Positions 33,722-43,156 of a stretch of DNA of 64,000 bases are shown here, piece after piece. A program made the position numbers and the translations under genes. How positions within the stretch are numbered: the first letter of the stretch is position 1; each line of letters begins with the position of its first letter. The DNA is from an uncultured delta proteobacterium (GTDB taxonomy: Bacteria > Myxococcota_A > Polyangia > Polyangiales > Polyangiaceae): the NCBI GenBank assembly GCA_963841435.1, contig CAWJCS010000004.1, positions 672,001-736,000 of the forward strand, given 5' to 3'. The notes beneath the pieces were generated by a model. The model was given only the letters and a program-made list of their open reading frames with translations. It searched no databases and had not been told where the DNA came from.

Positions 33722-34663
33722 TCACCCGGCCGAAAAGCGGTACTCGGACGGGGAGAGTGCAAGCCCTGCCAGTTGCGCCATCGTCCCCAGGAAGAAGAGC
33801 GCAACGGCGACGAACGCGAGCCCTTCCCAGGCGGTGTTTCGTCGATGGTCGCCACGCTGCAAGCGAAAGCACTGTGCGGCGGCGAGCGGCGAGAGCGCGA
33901 GCCAGAAGACAGCGACCTCCGAAGGAACCTGAAGCCAGGCGCCCGAAATCGCGAGCAGGAAAGCGATCAAGATGGAGGCTTGGACGAGGCGCGCCGCGCG
34001 CTCCGGTCCGAACAGGACGACCCAGCTCACTTTGCCGACGCTGCGATCGCCCGCATGATCGGGAAACTCGATCGTGACCAGCATCGCGATCTGCAGGAAC
34101 ACGAGCGGCGCGCTCAACGTGATCGGAAAAAGGTCGAAGCGCCCCGACTGCACGAGAAAACCGGCAAGCGGAGTGAGGAGCGGGACGACGAGCGCCGTGA
34201 CCGGTTCGCCGAAGCCCCTACTGTGCAGCCGCAACGGAGGGCCTGCATGGGACCAGGCGAGCACTTGCATGACGGCGAGCAGCGAGACGGCCCACGAGTA
34301 CTGAGGTGAGCGGAGCAGTAGCCCCACGGCAGCGACCGGTGCGATCGAGCCGACGATGGCCGCAGCGCGGAGCGCCGTGCCGCGCGGAAGCTCGCCCTTC
34401 ACGAGGACACGGCTACCGCCCGACCAGTGCGTGGGCGTGTGGTTCGCCTTGTCTGCCTCGTAGTCGTAGTAGTCGTTCGAGTAGTGCGTCATGAGCTGAA
34501 TCGAGCTCACCGCCAGTTGCCCCAGGGCAAACGCCGTGGCATCGAAGCGATAGCCGCGCCGCAGGGCCGCGAGGGCCCCGAGACCGTAAAGCGCGAAGCC
34601 TCCGAGCAAGAAGACGGGACGGCCGAGTCGCACGACGGCGATGGCGCGGGCGGCGGCGTTCAT
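33722..34663 (-). CDS. UbiA/MenA-family membrane prenyltransferase
   Basis: HYSNDYYDYEAD, GGSRVL, PPLRLHSRGFGE, EFPDHAGDRSVGK Asp-rich motifs; multiple TM helices. Confidence 0.88.
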   Translation of the reverse strand: MNAAARAIAVVRLGRPVFLLGGFALYGLGALAALRRGYRFDATAFALGQLAVSSIQLMTHYSNDYYDYEADKANHTPTHWSGGSRVLVKGELPRGTALRAAAIVGSIAPVAAVGLLLRSPQYSWAVSLLAVMQVLAWSHAGPPLRLHSRGFGEPVTALVVPLLTPLAGFLVQSGRFDLFPITLSAPLVFLQIAMLVTIEFPDHAGDRSVGKVSWVVLFGPERAARLVQASILIAFLLAISGAWLQVPSEVAVFWLALSPLAAAQCFRLQRGDHRRNTAWEGLAFVAVALFFLGTMAQLAGLALSPSEYRFSAG

Positions 34664-35778
34664 CCTCGAATGCCCCCCGCGAACGCCACGAGCGCCTGCA
34701 TCGCGCTCGGGTGAGCCTTGAAGCCCCGGCGGGCGAGCTCCGCGAGACGCGGGCTTCCGGCAAGCGCGAGAACCCCCGCGCCGACGCAGCGGTGGACCCG
34801 CACCGCGCGCGCACGCGCCCGCTCGAATCGGCGCCGAGCGAGCAGGCTCCCGGTCACGATCTCGAACGCGTGCGCTGCGAGAAGCTCGGCGCTCGTCAAT
34901 GCCAAGCTGAGTCCACCGGCCGTGACGGGATCGACGCTCGCCGAGGCATCGCCGAGCAGGATCAAGCCCGGCGGCTCCGGGCCTCGAGCCGAGCTCACGA
35001 GCGGAGCCCGGCCCATGAGCTCGCTGGTCTGCGTCGCCCCCTCCAGCCATTGTCGTAACAGCGGCTCGCGAGTCACCCAGCGGCGAAAGGCGTTACGAAG
35101 ATCGCCCGCGGCGGTGTGCTCATGAGCGAGTGCAGCCACGAGCACCTCGTCGTGCGGCAGCGGCGTGACGTAGAGCTCGTAACCGCAGCGGAGAAAGATC
35201 TCGATATCCAAAAGCGGCATCGCGTCGCTCCGGCGTCGAAAATGCGCGCGCACCCCGACCCGGCGCGGCTTTACGATGCGTTCGAGACCGAGCTTCCGCC
35301 GCAGCTTCGAGTTGGAGCCGTCGGCGGCGACCACGAGGCGCGCGCGGCGCGCCTGTCCGTGCACGACGACCCCACTGACGCGGTCTCCCTCCGAAAGCAA
35401 CGAATCGACCCCCGTACCAGCTCGGGCAGTCACTCCGGCGGTCCGAGCCGCGGCCGCCCAGAGCGTAGTGTCCAGCCGAATGCGCTTCTGGCCAATCCCG
35501 TGAGGTGCGGCGGAGCCGTCACCGGGGCCGAAGCTGCTGCGCAGCGAGCCGCCCGTCAGGTGATAGCGCACACCCGCGAGCGGCTGTCCCGCCACGGCAT
35601 CGGCGAGCCCGAGATGTTGCAGCGCTTCGACGCCTGCCGGAAGCAGGCCCTCCCCGCAGGGCTTATCGCGAGGAAACGTCGCCCGCTCGTAGAGCTCGAC
35701 CTCGAAACCACGGCGTCCGAGCGCGACCGCGAGCGACGCGCCCGCAGGACCGGCGCCGACGACGATCACGTCAGTCAT
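34660..35778 (-). CDS. FAD-dependent oxidoreductase/monooxygenase
   Basis: DVIVVGAGPAG, FPRDKPCGEG, VAADG, LLGDA...DP.T.GG. Confidence 0.88.
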   Translation of the reverse strand: MTDVIVVGAGPAGASLAVALGRRGFEVELYERATFPRDKPCGEGLLPAGVEALQHLGLADAVAGQPLAGVRYHLTGGSLRSSFGPGDGSAAPHGIGQKRIRLDTTLWAAAARTAGVTARAGTGVDSLLSEGDRVSGVVVHGQARRARLVVAADGSNSKLRRKLGLERIVKPRRVGVRAHFRRRSDAMPLLDIEIFLRCGYELYVTPLPHDEVLVAALAHEHTAAGDLRNAFRRWVTREPLLRQWLEGATQTSELMGRAPLVSSARGPEPPGLILLGDASASVDPVTAGGLSLALTSAELLAAHAFEIVTGSLLARRRFERARARAVRVHRCVGAGVLALAGSPRLAELARRGFKAHPSAMQALVAFAGGIRG

Positions 35779-36376
35779 GGCTTGCCTCTCGCGCGAGCGC
35801 CGGCGAAGCCCTGCGCAGGCGCGGTACGAAGCGGGGCTTGTCTCCCATCCTTGCGCGGTAGGCGGGGTGAGAGAACAGCACCGACTCCTCGAGCAGGATC
35901 CGTCGTCGGAGCACGAAGAGGTGCAGCACCGAGCCGAGCGCCGCCGTCACCCAGGCGCCTTGAACGAGTGGCAGGAACAGAAGCTCGAGGAAGACGGCCA
36001 CGTAGTTTGGATGACGCACGAACCGATACGGTCCGGAAGCGACGACGCCGAGCCCTACAGAATCGACGACCCGTACGTTCCAGTGCGGGCCGAGGCTGCG
36101 GATTGCCGCCACTCGCAGAAGGCTCGCGCCGACGACGCCCGCAGCCGCGCCTCCGCCGAGCCACAACGGGACCGCGCGTCTCGTGATCAACGGCTCCACG
36201 AGCGCGCCCCCGAGGATGGTGACGTGCAGCCAGACCATCGTGCAAAATCCCGGGTCTTCGACCGCCTGCGCGCCGTGCTCCACGAGCCAGCGGCGGTGCC
36301 TCCGCGAAACGCGTAGCTCCGAAAGCCGCGTCACGGCGAGCAGTCCCACCAGCGCGATGAGAATCGCGATCAGCAC
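35771..36376 (-). CDS. isoprenylcysteine carboxyl methyltransferase family (SrsB/BpsB-like)
   Basis: RLSELRVSRRH, SLG.HWNVRV, GPYRFVRHPNY, RRI..EE; overlaps the PKS stop. Confidence 0.9.
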   Translation of the reverse strand: MLIAILIALVGLLAVTRLSELRVSRRHRRWLVEHGAQAVEDPGFCTMVWLHVTILGGALVEPLITRRAVPLWLGGGAAAGVVGASLLRVAAIRSLGPHWNVRVVDSVGLGVVASGPYRFVRHPNYVAVFLELLFLPLVQGAWVTAALGSVLHLFVLRRRILLEESVLFSHPAYRARMGDKPRFVPRLRRASPALAREASHD

Positions 36377-37422
36377 CGCGGGCCTCGCAAGAGCGCGAGC
36401 TCCACGGTGATACCAGGCCCGAACGCCGCGAGCAGGCCGTACCCGCGAGGAACACCGCGCCGGAGCGTTTCGCCGAGGACGAATAGCACCGACGCGCTCG
36501 ACTGATTGCCGTATCTCGAGAGGACGTCCCACGAGGCGGAGGTCTGGGCGGGCTTCAGCTCGAGCGAGCGTTCGAGCGCCTCCAGCACCCGACGCCCCCC
36601 GGGGTGCAGCACGAAGAACTCGACCTCTGAAAGTGAGAGCTCGTGTCGCTGCAGAAACTGGCCCACCACCCGCGGTGTGCAGGCGGCGATGATACGCGGG
36701 ACGTTTTTCGAGAGCACGACGTAGAAACCCGAGTCGCGCAGATCGAAACCCATGTCGTCGAGCGAATCGGGGAAAAAACCCGTGTGCGTCGCCACGACTT
36801 CGACTCCGGACGGCGCGGCCTCTCCCTGGAGCAGCACGGCAGCCGCGCCGTCTCCGAACAAGGAGCTCGCCACGATGTTCTCCACGGAGGGATCGTCGCC
36901 CCGAAACGTGAGGCTCGGGAGCTCCACCGCAACGACGAGGACGCGAGCCGCCGGGAATGCCCGAAGATGAGCGTGCGCGAGGGCGAGCGCGCTCGCCCCG
37001 CCGGCGCAACCGAGCTCAGTCAACGGCAGCCGGCGCACGTCGTGACGCAGTCCGAGCGGTTCGACGAGCAGCGCTGCCAGGGACGGAAGCGACACGCCCG
37101 TGCAGGACGAGGTGATGATCAAATCGACGTCGGCCGGCAAAACCCCGGCTCCGCGGAGACAGCTTCGGGTCGCCGAAAGCGCCAGATCGAGCGCGTGTCT
37201 GCGGTAGAGCGGCATCGCCTCGCTCAGGCTTCGGGACTCGCCGAGATACTCGAGCGGCACGACACTCTGCCTGCAGCGCACGCCCGTCCGGTCGAACAGA
37301 CCGCGCACGGACGCGGTGCGTTCCGCGTCGAGGCGAAACGTCCTCGCAACGACGCTGGCCACGGCATCTTGCTCGATCGCGTTCCGGGGGACCGCCGTCG
37401 CGACATGAGTGATGAACGCCAT
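36370..37422 (-). CDS. type III polyketide synthase (chalcone synthase-like)
   Basis: Cys-His-Asn triad in LGCAGG, VLHPGG, YGNQSSAS; LFGDGAAA; AFGPG. Confidence 0.95.
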   Translation of the reverse strand: MAFITHVATAVPRNAIEQDAVASVVARTFRLDAERTASVRGLFDRTGVRCRQSVVPLEYLGESRSLSEAMPLYRRHALDLALSATRSCLRGAGVLPADVDLIITSSCTGVSLPSLAALLVEPLGLRHDVRRLPLTELGCAGGASALALAHAHLRAFPAARVLVVAVELPSLTFRGDDPSVENIVASSLFGDGAAAVLLQGEAAPSGVEVVATHTGFFPDSLDDMGFDLRDSGFYVVLSKNVPRIIAACTPRVVGQFLQRHELSLSEVEFFVLHPGGRRVLEALERSLELKPAQTSASWDVLSRYGNQSSASVLFVLGETLRRGVPRGYGLLAAFGPGITVELALLRGPRC

Positions 37423-37445
37423 GACCCTCGAGGTGTGAGGCGGTA

Positions 37446-37461
37446 AGCAGAACCCGTGCCG
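37446..37461 (-). promoter_or_regulatory. sigma-54 (-24/-12) promoter of PKS operon
   Basis: Minus strand CGGCACG-GGTT-CTGCT with exact GG-N10-GC spacing, 24 bp upstream of ATG 37422. Confidence 0.6.
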
Positions 37462-37846
37462 ACGCTCGACGTCCCATCGAGCGGTGCGCAAGCTCGCCTC
37501 GGCCGTGCCGACTTCGCCTCGAAAACCGCTCGTGGCGACGGGCCCCGAGCCCGGGCCCGCGGTGATCGCGCGGCGTTCTTGCCCACGCTGAACCGCCCCG
37601 GCGAGGCAGGACGGCACGTCTCCGCCGTCACGCGAGAGACACTCTCGAGCTTCTGCGACGAAAGGCTCGCCGTTTGGCGGGAGTGGTGCCTGAGCAGCCA
37701 GGCCCATCGGCTCCCGGCTTCCTTTTCGCGGCTCGCCGACGGCGACACTGGCGGACGCGCTCGGCCGTGTCGGCTCGGGCGGCACAATCTACATGCGAGG
37801 CCGCCGTTACCCGCTCGGAAGCGCGCTCGCCCTCAACGAGAGCGGC

Positions 37847-38083
37847 CCGCGCCTGGAACAATCTTGACGACGGCTGGGACGGGTACCTCCGGCCCGCCGA
37901 CAACGTGACGACGACCTACGAGCGGTGCTGGGCCATCGACAACGGCAAGCTCAAAAACGGCTCGGTGGGCGTCGGCGACGGCAACGGGTTCAAAACGGGA
38001 GGCAGCGACGGCAACAACGTCCGCCACAACGCCATCTACGAGAAGTGCATCGCCGCAGGCAACGTGCACGACGGGTTTGACCA
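37847..38083 (+). pseudogene. internal fragment of a family 9 polysaccharide (pectate) lyase
   Basis: RAWNNLDDGWD...CWAIDNG...GDGNGFKTGG...CIAAGN..DGFD motifs, with unrelated sequence on both sides. Confidence 0.75.
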
Positions 38084-38248
38084 CACAGCAACCGCGGCAC
38101 CATCACGATCCGGCCTCGGTCCCGACGGCGACCCCAGCCGTACCAGCCTGTCGCGCCGAGGCAGCCTGGCCGCCACAGCCCGACGGCCGTTTTCTCGAGC
38201 TCGCGAGCGACTCCGCTCGCTTCACCGTCGCTCGAGGAAGCACGCACG

Positions 38249-38264
38249 CGGCACGACCGTTGCT
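38249..38264 (+). promoter_or_regulatory. sigma-54 promoter of hemerythrin gene
   Basis: CGGCACG-ACCG-TTGCT, near-consensus, about 60 bp upstream of ATG 38323. Confidence 0.7.
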
Positions 38265-38322
38265 TGTGCTTCCGCTCGCGATTTGCAGAGAAGCAATCGC
38301 CATCACGAAAGCAGGGAGCGCC

Positions 38323-38823
38323 ATGTTGAAAACGACGGACAATTTGGCCTCACAGGCCAGAGGGGCAATGAAGGACGTGAAAGCCGGCATGAAGGGTTTG
38401 AGCGGAGTCTTCATGCACCTGATGGAGGAGCACGGGAAAGTCGGCTCGTTGCTGAAGCGCGTGAAGGGAAGCTCGGACCCGAAAGTCCGCGAGGAGCTCT
38501 ACCCGACCATCCGCCAGGAGCTCTTGTCGCACGAGAAAGGCGAGCTCGCGGTCGTTTATCCCGCAATTGCCGAGTTTCCCGAAACGGCCGCCATTTCCGC
38601 GCAGCACGCAGAAGAGGCTCAGGAGCTCGAGGCAGCGATTGCGGAGGTCGACGCGCAGGCCATCCGCTCCGACGCGTGGCAGCGTGCTTTCGATCAGCTC
38701 GTCGAGTTGGTCGAGAGCCACGTTGACGAGGAAGAAAGCGAGTTCTTTCCGCGAGCGCAGGAGGCACTGGGCTCCGACCGCGCCGAGCAGCTCCTGCCAC
38801 GCTACGAAGCCGCGAAGAAGTAG
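38323..38823 (+). CDS. hemerythrin/HHE cation-binding domain protein
   Basis: LMEEH, HEKGE...YP, HVDEEESEFFP motifs; GGGAG RBS. Confidence 0.85.
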   Translation: MLKTTDNLASQARGAMKDVKAGMKGLSGVFMHLMEEHGKVGSLLKRVKGSSDPKVREELYPTIRQELLSHEKGELAVVYPAIAEFPETAAISAQHAEEAQELEAAIAEVDAQAIRSDAWQRAFDQLVELVESHVDEEESEFFPRAQEALGSDRAEQLLPRYEAAKK

Positions 38824-38881
38824 CTAGGGCCGGCGTACGGGCCGCATCGCCACGAAAGCGTGGGGTGCGGCCGTCCGCCCC

Positions 38882-39895
38882 GTGCCACACGACGACACCA
38901 TGCGCCGAGACGCATCCCTCGTGATCCGCTGCGTCGGCGCGGTGGCTCTGCTTGCGCTCGTCGCGCTCGCGGCCCGCGTGCTGCTCGTGCTGTTTGCGGG
39001 GTTTCTGTTCGCCGTCGCGCTGCGCGGGGCCGCGCGCTTCATCGCGGTGCACGCGCGCATCAGGTACGGAATCGCCCTCGCCTTGCTCGTTCTCGTGCTC
39101 CTCGGCGCGACGACGACGGGTATCATCGTTCACGCTCCGCGAGTCGCCAGCGAGGTGGCAAAGCTCCCCGAGCTGCTGTCGGGGCCCGTGGAGCGAACGC
39201 TGGCGTCGCTGCACCTTCCCGTGATGCAGAAAGGGTCGCAAGGGGGCACGGGCCGCCTGCGCATCGATGAAATCTTCTCCGGAGCAATTGGCACCGCGAG
39301 TGCCACACTCGAGATCCTGGCGGGGCTCGTCGTCATCTTCTTCGTGGGCGTCTACGGAGCGGCAAACCCGCGGCTCTACTCGTCCGCGCTCTCCGGGATC
39401 TTTTCGGGTCAGCGCCGCGTGAACGTCAACCAAGTGCTCGGCAACGTGGCGGGGCAGCTCGAGCATTGGTTGCTCGGACGACTGGTCGCCATGCTGTTCG
39501 TGGGCGTGACGACGGCCATTGCTTTCAGCTTGCTCGATCTCCCCCTCGCTGTCGCGCTCGCAACGGTCTGTGGGGTGCTCACTTTCGTCGAGTATCTCGG
39601 GGCCGTCGTTTCTGCGGTTCCGGCGATCCTGCTCGGGCTGACTCGCGGCGTCGCCGTCGCCGCCTGGGTTGGCGTCATCTTCGTCGCCTTGCACGTCGTG
39701 GAGGGCTACGTGCTCACACCGATGCTTGGGAAGAGCACGGTTCGGATCCCGCCGGCCTACGGTCTTGCGAGCCAGGTCATCCTCACCGCGCTGGTCGGCC
39801 CGCTCGGCCTCACCTTCTCGACCCCGCTGCTGGTCGTCGCGGGCGTACTCTACGGGGAGCTCCGCCACGCGAGCTCCGAGGTGACTCCGCCGTGA
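38882..39895 (+). CDS. AI-2E family transporter
   Basis: Multi-TM; WLLGRLVAM, YLGAVVSAVPA, VEGYVLTP, GPLGL..STPL. Confidence 0.88.
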   Translation: MPHDDTMRRDASLVIRCVGAVALLALVALAARVLLVLFAGFLFAVALRGAARFIAVHARIRYGIALALLVLVLLGATTTGIIVHAPRVASEVAKLPELLSGPVERTLASLHLPVMQKGSQGGTGRLRIDEIFSGAIGTASATLEILAGLVVIFFVGVYGAANPRLYSSALSGIFSGQRRVNVNQVLGNVAGQLEHWLLGRLVAMLFVGVTTAIAFSLLDLPLAVALATVCGVLTFVEYLGAVVSAVPAILLGLTRGVAVAAWVGVIFVALHVVEGYVLTPMLGKSTVRIPPAYGLASQVILTALVGPLGLTFSTPLLVVAGVLYGELRHASSEVTPP

Positions 39896-39946
39896 GTGGA
39901 GCCGGACACGCCGCGCTCCTCCCGCGGCCGAACGAGCACGCGTGGC

Positions 39947-41743
39947 TCAGGGCTCGCTGCGCCGCTTCGCGGCGGCGCCGCCGCTGGCGAGATTTCGTGC
40001 GCTGTTGATCAGCGCAACGTGGGACAAGGCCTGCGGGAAGTTGCCGAGCAGCCGCCCGGCGACCGGGTCGTACTCCTCCGACAGCAAACCAACGTCGTTG
40101 GCGACGGCGACTAGTCGTGCGTAAAGCTTCCTGGCCTCGTCGTACCTCCCGTCGAGTACGTAGGCGTCCACGAGCCAGAACGAGCAGGCCAAAAAGGATC
40201 CTTCACTGCCGCCCATCTGGTCGGCCCCGTCGTCGCGGTCGAGCCTGTAGCGCTGAACGAATCCGTGCTGCAGCAGGCGCTCTTCCACTGCCCGCACCGT
40301 ACCGCGAACGCGCTCGTCGGACGCCGGCAGGAACCCGACAACTGGAACGAGCAGCAAGCTCGCATCCACGGCGTTGCTTCCGTAGAACTGAACGAAGCTC
40401 CGGATGTCGGCGTTCCAGCCGTTTTGGCACACGTCGCGGCGAATGGTCTCCCGCGTGCACCGCCAGCGCTCCACCGGACCCTCCATCCCATGGCGCTCGA
40501 CGGCCTTGATGGCGCGGTCCATTGCGACCCAGGTCATGACCTTGGAATGCGTGAAATGCCGGCGTGGCCCGCGAGTTTCCCAGAGTCCGGCATCGGGCGC
40601 GGCCCAGTTCGATTCCAGCCACTCGCACAGGGATCGCTCGAGCCGCCAGCTCGCCTCGGTGGAGCCCATCCTGGCCTTCAGTGCCTCGTGGAGGGTGTCC
40701 CCGACCTCGCCGTAGACGTCGAGCTGCAGCTGGCTGGCGGCGCCGTTGCCGATGCGAACCGGTCGGGACCCTTCGTAGCCTGAAAGCCAGTCGAGCTCCC
40801 GCTGGTCCATGTGCCGCTCCCCGAGGACGCCATAGGCAATCTGCAGCTTGCTCGGGTGGCCCGCGACGGCACGCAGGAGCCAATCGCGAAAGGCACGGGC
40901 TTCCTCGGCGTAGCCACCGTGCAGCAACGCGTGGAGCGTGAACGTCGCGTCGCGCAGCCAGCAGTAGCGATAATCCCAGTTTCGGCTGCCGCCGATGCAC
41001 TCGGGAAGAGACGTGGTCCCGGCAGCGACGATGCCGCCGGTCGGTGCGTAAGTGAGCGCCTTGAGCGTGATGAGCGAGCGCATCACCTCTTCCCTGCATC
41101 GTCCGCGATCTTTGCCGCGCGACGCCCAATCGACCCAGAACGCTTCCGTCTTCTCCAGCTCGGAGAACGCATCCGGTGACGGCGGCGCCGCCTCGTGCGA
41201 CGGGTGCCAGGTGAGCACGAACGGCACCCGCTGACCGGCGCGCACTTCGAACCGGGTGACGCTCGTGTTCCCCTTGCCCGAGCTTTGCACGGGACACACG
41301 AGCTCGAGAGCGTCCGGTCCGGCGACGGCCCGCATCCGACCATCGAGGTGCTCCATCCAGGGAACGACGTTCCCGTAGTCGTAGCGAATGACGACCTCGG
41401 ACCGCATCGGCACCGAGCCCTCGATGCCTTCGACCACGCGGACGACGTTGGGATAGCGCCCGCGGATTGGCATGCTGTCGATGACGCGCACCGCTCCTTC
41501 CGGCATCCTGAACTCTGTTTCCAGGATCAGGGTGTCGCGACGGTAGCGGCGGCTCGCCGTTGCCTGGACGTCTTCCGGCGCGAGCAGCCAGCGACCGTTG
41601 TCCGGGCCTCCGAGGAGCGCCGCAAAGCACGCCGCCGAGTCGAAGCGGGGCAGGCAGAGCCAGTCGATCGACCCGTGGAGGCCCACCAGCGCGAGCGTCT
41701 GAGTGTCGCCGATGACGGCGTAGTCCTCGATGCGCTCTGCCAC
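39947..41743 (-). CDS. glycoside hydrolase family 15 (glucoamylase/trehalase-like)
   Basis: IEDYAVIGD, GSIDWLCLPRFDS, RNWDYRYCWLRDA, QLDVYGE, GLLSEEYD, GNFPQALSH. Confidence 0.95.
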   Translation of the reverse strand: MAERIEDYAVIGDTQTLALVGLHGSIDWLCLPRFDSAACFAALLGGPDNGRWLLAPEDVQATASRRYRRDTLILETEFRMPEGAVRVIDSMPIRGRYPNVVRVVEGIEGSVPMRSEVVIRYDYGNVVPWMEHLDGRMRAVAGPDALELVCPVQSSGKGNTSVTRFEVRAGQRVPFVLTWHPSHEAAPPSPDAFSELEKTEAFWVDWASRGKDRGRCREEVMRSLITLKALTYAPTGGIVAAGTTSLPECIGGSRNWDYRYCWLRDATFTLHALLHGGYAEEARAFRDWLLRAVAGHPSKLQIAYGVLGERHMDQRELDWLSGYEGSRPVRIGNGAASQLQLDVYGEVGDTLHEALKARMGSTEASWRLERSLCEWLESNWAAPDAGLWETRGPRRHFTHSKVMTWVAMDRAIKAVERHGMEGPVERWRCTRETIRRDVCQNGWNADIRSFVQFYGSNAVDASLLLVPVVGFLPASDERVRGTVRAVEERLLQHGFVQRYRLDRDDGADQMGGSEGSFLACSFWLVDAYVLDGRYDEARKLYARLVAVANDVGLLSEEYDPVAGRLLGNFPQALSHVALINSARNLASGGAAAKRRSEP

Positions 41744-41770
41744 GTGGCCCGATGCTCCACCTGGCATGCG

Positions 41771-41786
41771 AGCAAGTATCGCGCCG
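41771..41786 (-). promoter_or_regulatory. sigma-54 promoter of GH15 gene
   Basis: Minus strand CGGCGCG-ATAC-TTGCT, GG-N10-GC, 28 bp upstream of GTG 41743. Confidence 0.55.
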
Positions 41787-42168
41787 GTGCCCCGACAACG
41801 TCTCGCGGCCACGGCGCCGCGCGTGGATAGCCGTTGCCGCGACGATCGTCGTCGGGCCGCCGCTCGCCTGCGTCGTCGCGCTCGTCCATCGCCCGCTGGC
41901 ATCCCTGGCCGTCTTCAGAGTGTTCACCACATTCGGGCTGTCCGTCCTTCGCCTGGGGGCGTTCGTTTGCCCGAAGTGCGGACGCCGCTGTCTTCTCTGG
42001 GGTCGAGGTCGGCACGCAGGGTCCGTTCAGAACCTGAACGGCGAGCGCGCGCAATCCCGCCTCGCACCGGGGCGAGGTGGTGGTCGCACTTTCGCACTCG
42101 ACGCGGCGCGTCCGCCAGAGGTCGCAAGCTGCGCGGCAGTCGAGAGGGCCCGGTGCCGGCCCGAGTCC

Positions 42169-42184
42169 TGGCCCGCTTGCTGCA
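42169..42184 (+). promoter_or_regulatory. possible sigma-54 promoter
   Basis: TGGCCCG-CTTG-CTGCA, GG-N10-GC, about 115 bp upstream of ATG 42299. Confidence 0.4.
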
Positions 42185-42298
42185 AGTGGTGCCAGTGCGG
42201 AAACAACTCTTTCGCTGGTGGCACTCCTTCGCGGCGAGCCGCCAAACACGGGCTCGAGCTCCACGCTTGGGCACGATCGCCCCACCAAAGGAAACGTC

Positions 42299-42847
42299 AT
42301 GAGCAAGCACAAGAGCGTGATTGGCATCGTCGAGAACACGGTCCAGGCAGAGCGAGCCGTGGACGCGCTGCAGAGCGAACGCTTCAACCGCAACGACATC
42401 TCGGTCCTGCTCCCCGATCGGCGCGGGACGAAGGACTTCGCGTACGAGCACAACACCAAAGCCCCCGAGGGCGCGATCGCCGGAGTGGCGGGCGGTGGGC
42501 TTTTGGGGGGAGCGCTGGGGCTGCTCGCAGGCATCGGAGCGATCGCAATCCCGGGGCTCGGCGCCTTCATCGTCGCGGGGCCGATCTTCTCCGCGCTTTC
42601 AGGCGCGGCGGCGGGCGCCACGGTCGGCGGCGTCGCCGGCGCGCTCATCGGCATCGGAATCCCCGAAATCGAAGCCAAGCGATACGAGGGCAAGGTGCGG
42701 AGCGGCAACATTCTGGTCGCCGTTCACGTGACCGACGACGTAGAGGAAAAGCTTGCCCGAGCCTTGCTGGAGCGCGAAGGCGCACACGACGTGAGCGCCG
42801 CCGGTGAGACTGCGGTCCCGCGGGGTCAAGCCGAGCGCCGCGCCTAG
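42299..42847 (+). CDS. general-stress-protein-like membrane protein (YflT/DUF3341-like)
   Basis: AERAVDAL....F...DISVL, TKAPEGA, glycine-zipper LAIPGLG.F..AGP, GIPE.EAKRYE.....G.ILV.VH. Confidence 0.85.
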   Translation: MSKHKSVIGIVENTVQAERAVDALQSERFNRNDISVLLPDRRGTKDFAYEHNTKAPEGAIAGVAGGGLLGGALGLLAGIGAIAIPGLGAFIVAGPIFSALSGAAAGATVGGVAGALIGIGIPEIEAKRYEGKVRSGNILVAVHVTDDVEEKLARALLEREGAHDVSAAGETAVPRGQAERRA

Positions 42848-43156
42848 TGCAGCGCACGTGAGATACGGTTAACTTTCGGAACGGGGCTGCACCGGGCGGA
42901 CGCGAAGCGGACGCGGGGTCTGGAGGGAATGCCCCAGCGAAAAGCCAGTGCTGGCGCCTCGATTCGACCCGGGTCCCGAACTCGACGTGCATGGTGTCTC
43001 GCGGGCCGCCGTCGCTGCCGAGCCAGTAGAAGCCGTAGCGCTCGAATGCCGACCCCCAGCGGCGGGATCGGCGTACGTTCGAAGATCGTTTCGACGCGGC
43101 CGCGGCACGTCGTGGAAGGCGTTGTTCTTGCGAAAGCCCGTTCCCGTTTCGGGTGA

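Noticed and set aside
33121-34309. Plus-strand ORFs spanning the left rpmB repeat
   Set aside because: They are antisense readings of the rpmB remnant and the prenyltransferase; the same peptide text appears antisense to intact rpmB.
41790-42060. Small membrane or zinc-ribbon gene (…FVCPKCGRR…) between GH15 and the stress protein
   Set aside because: No clear start, stop or second Cys pair; at most a remnant and not supportable.
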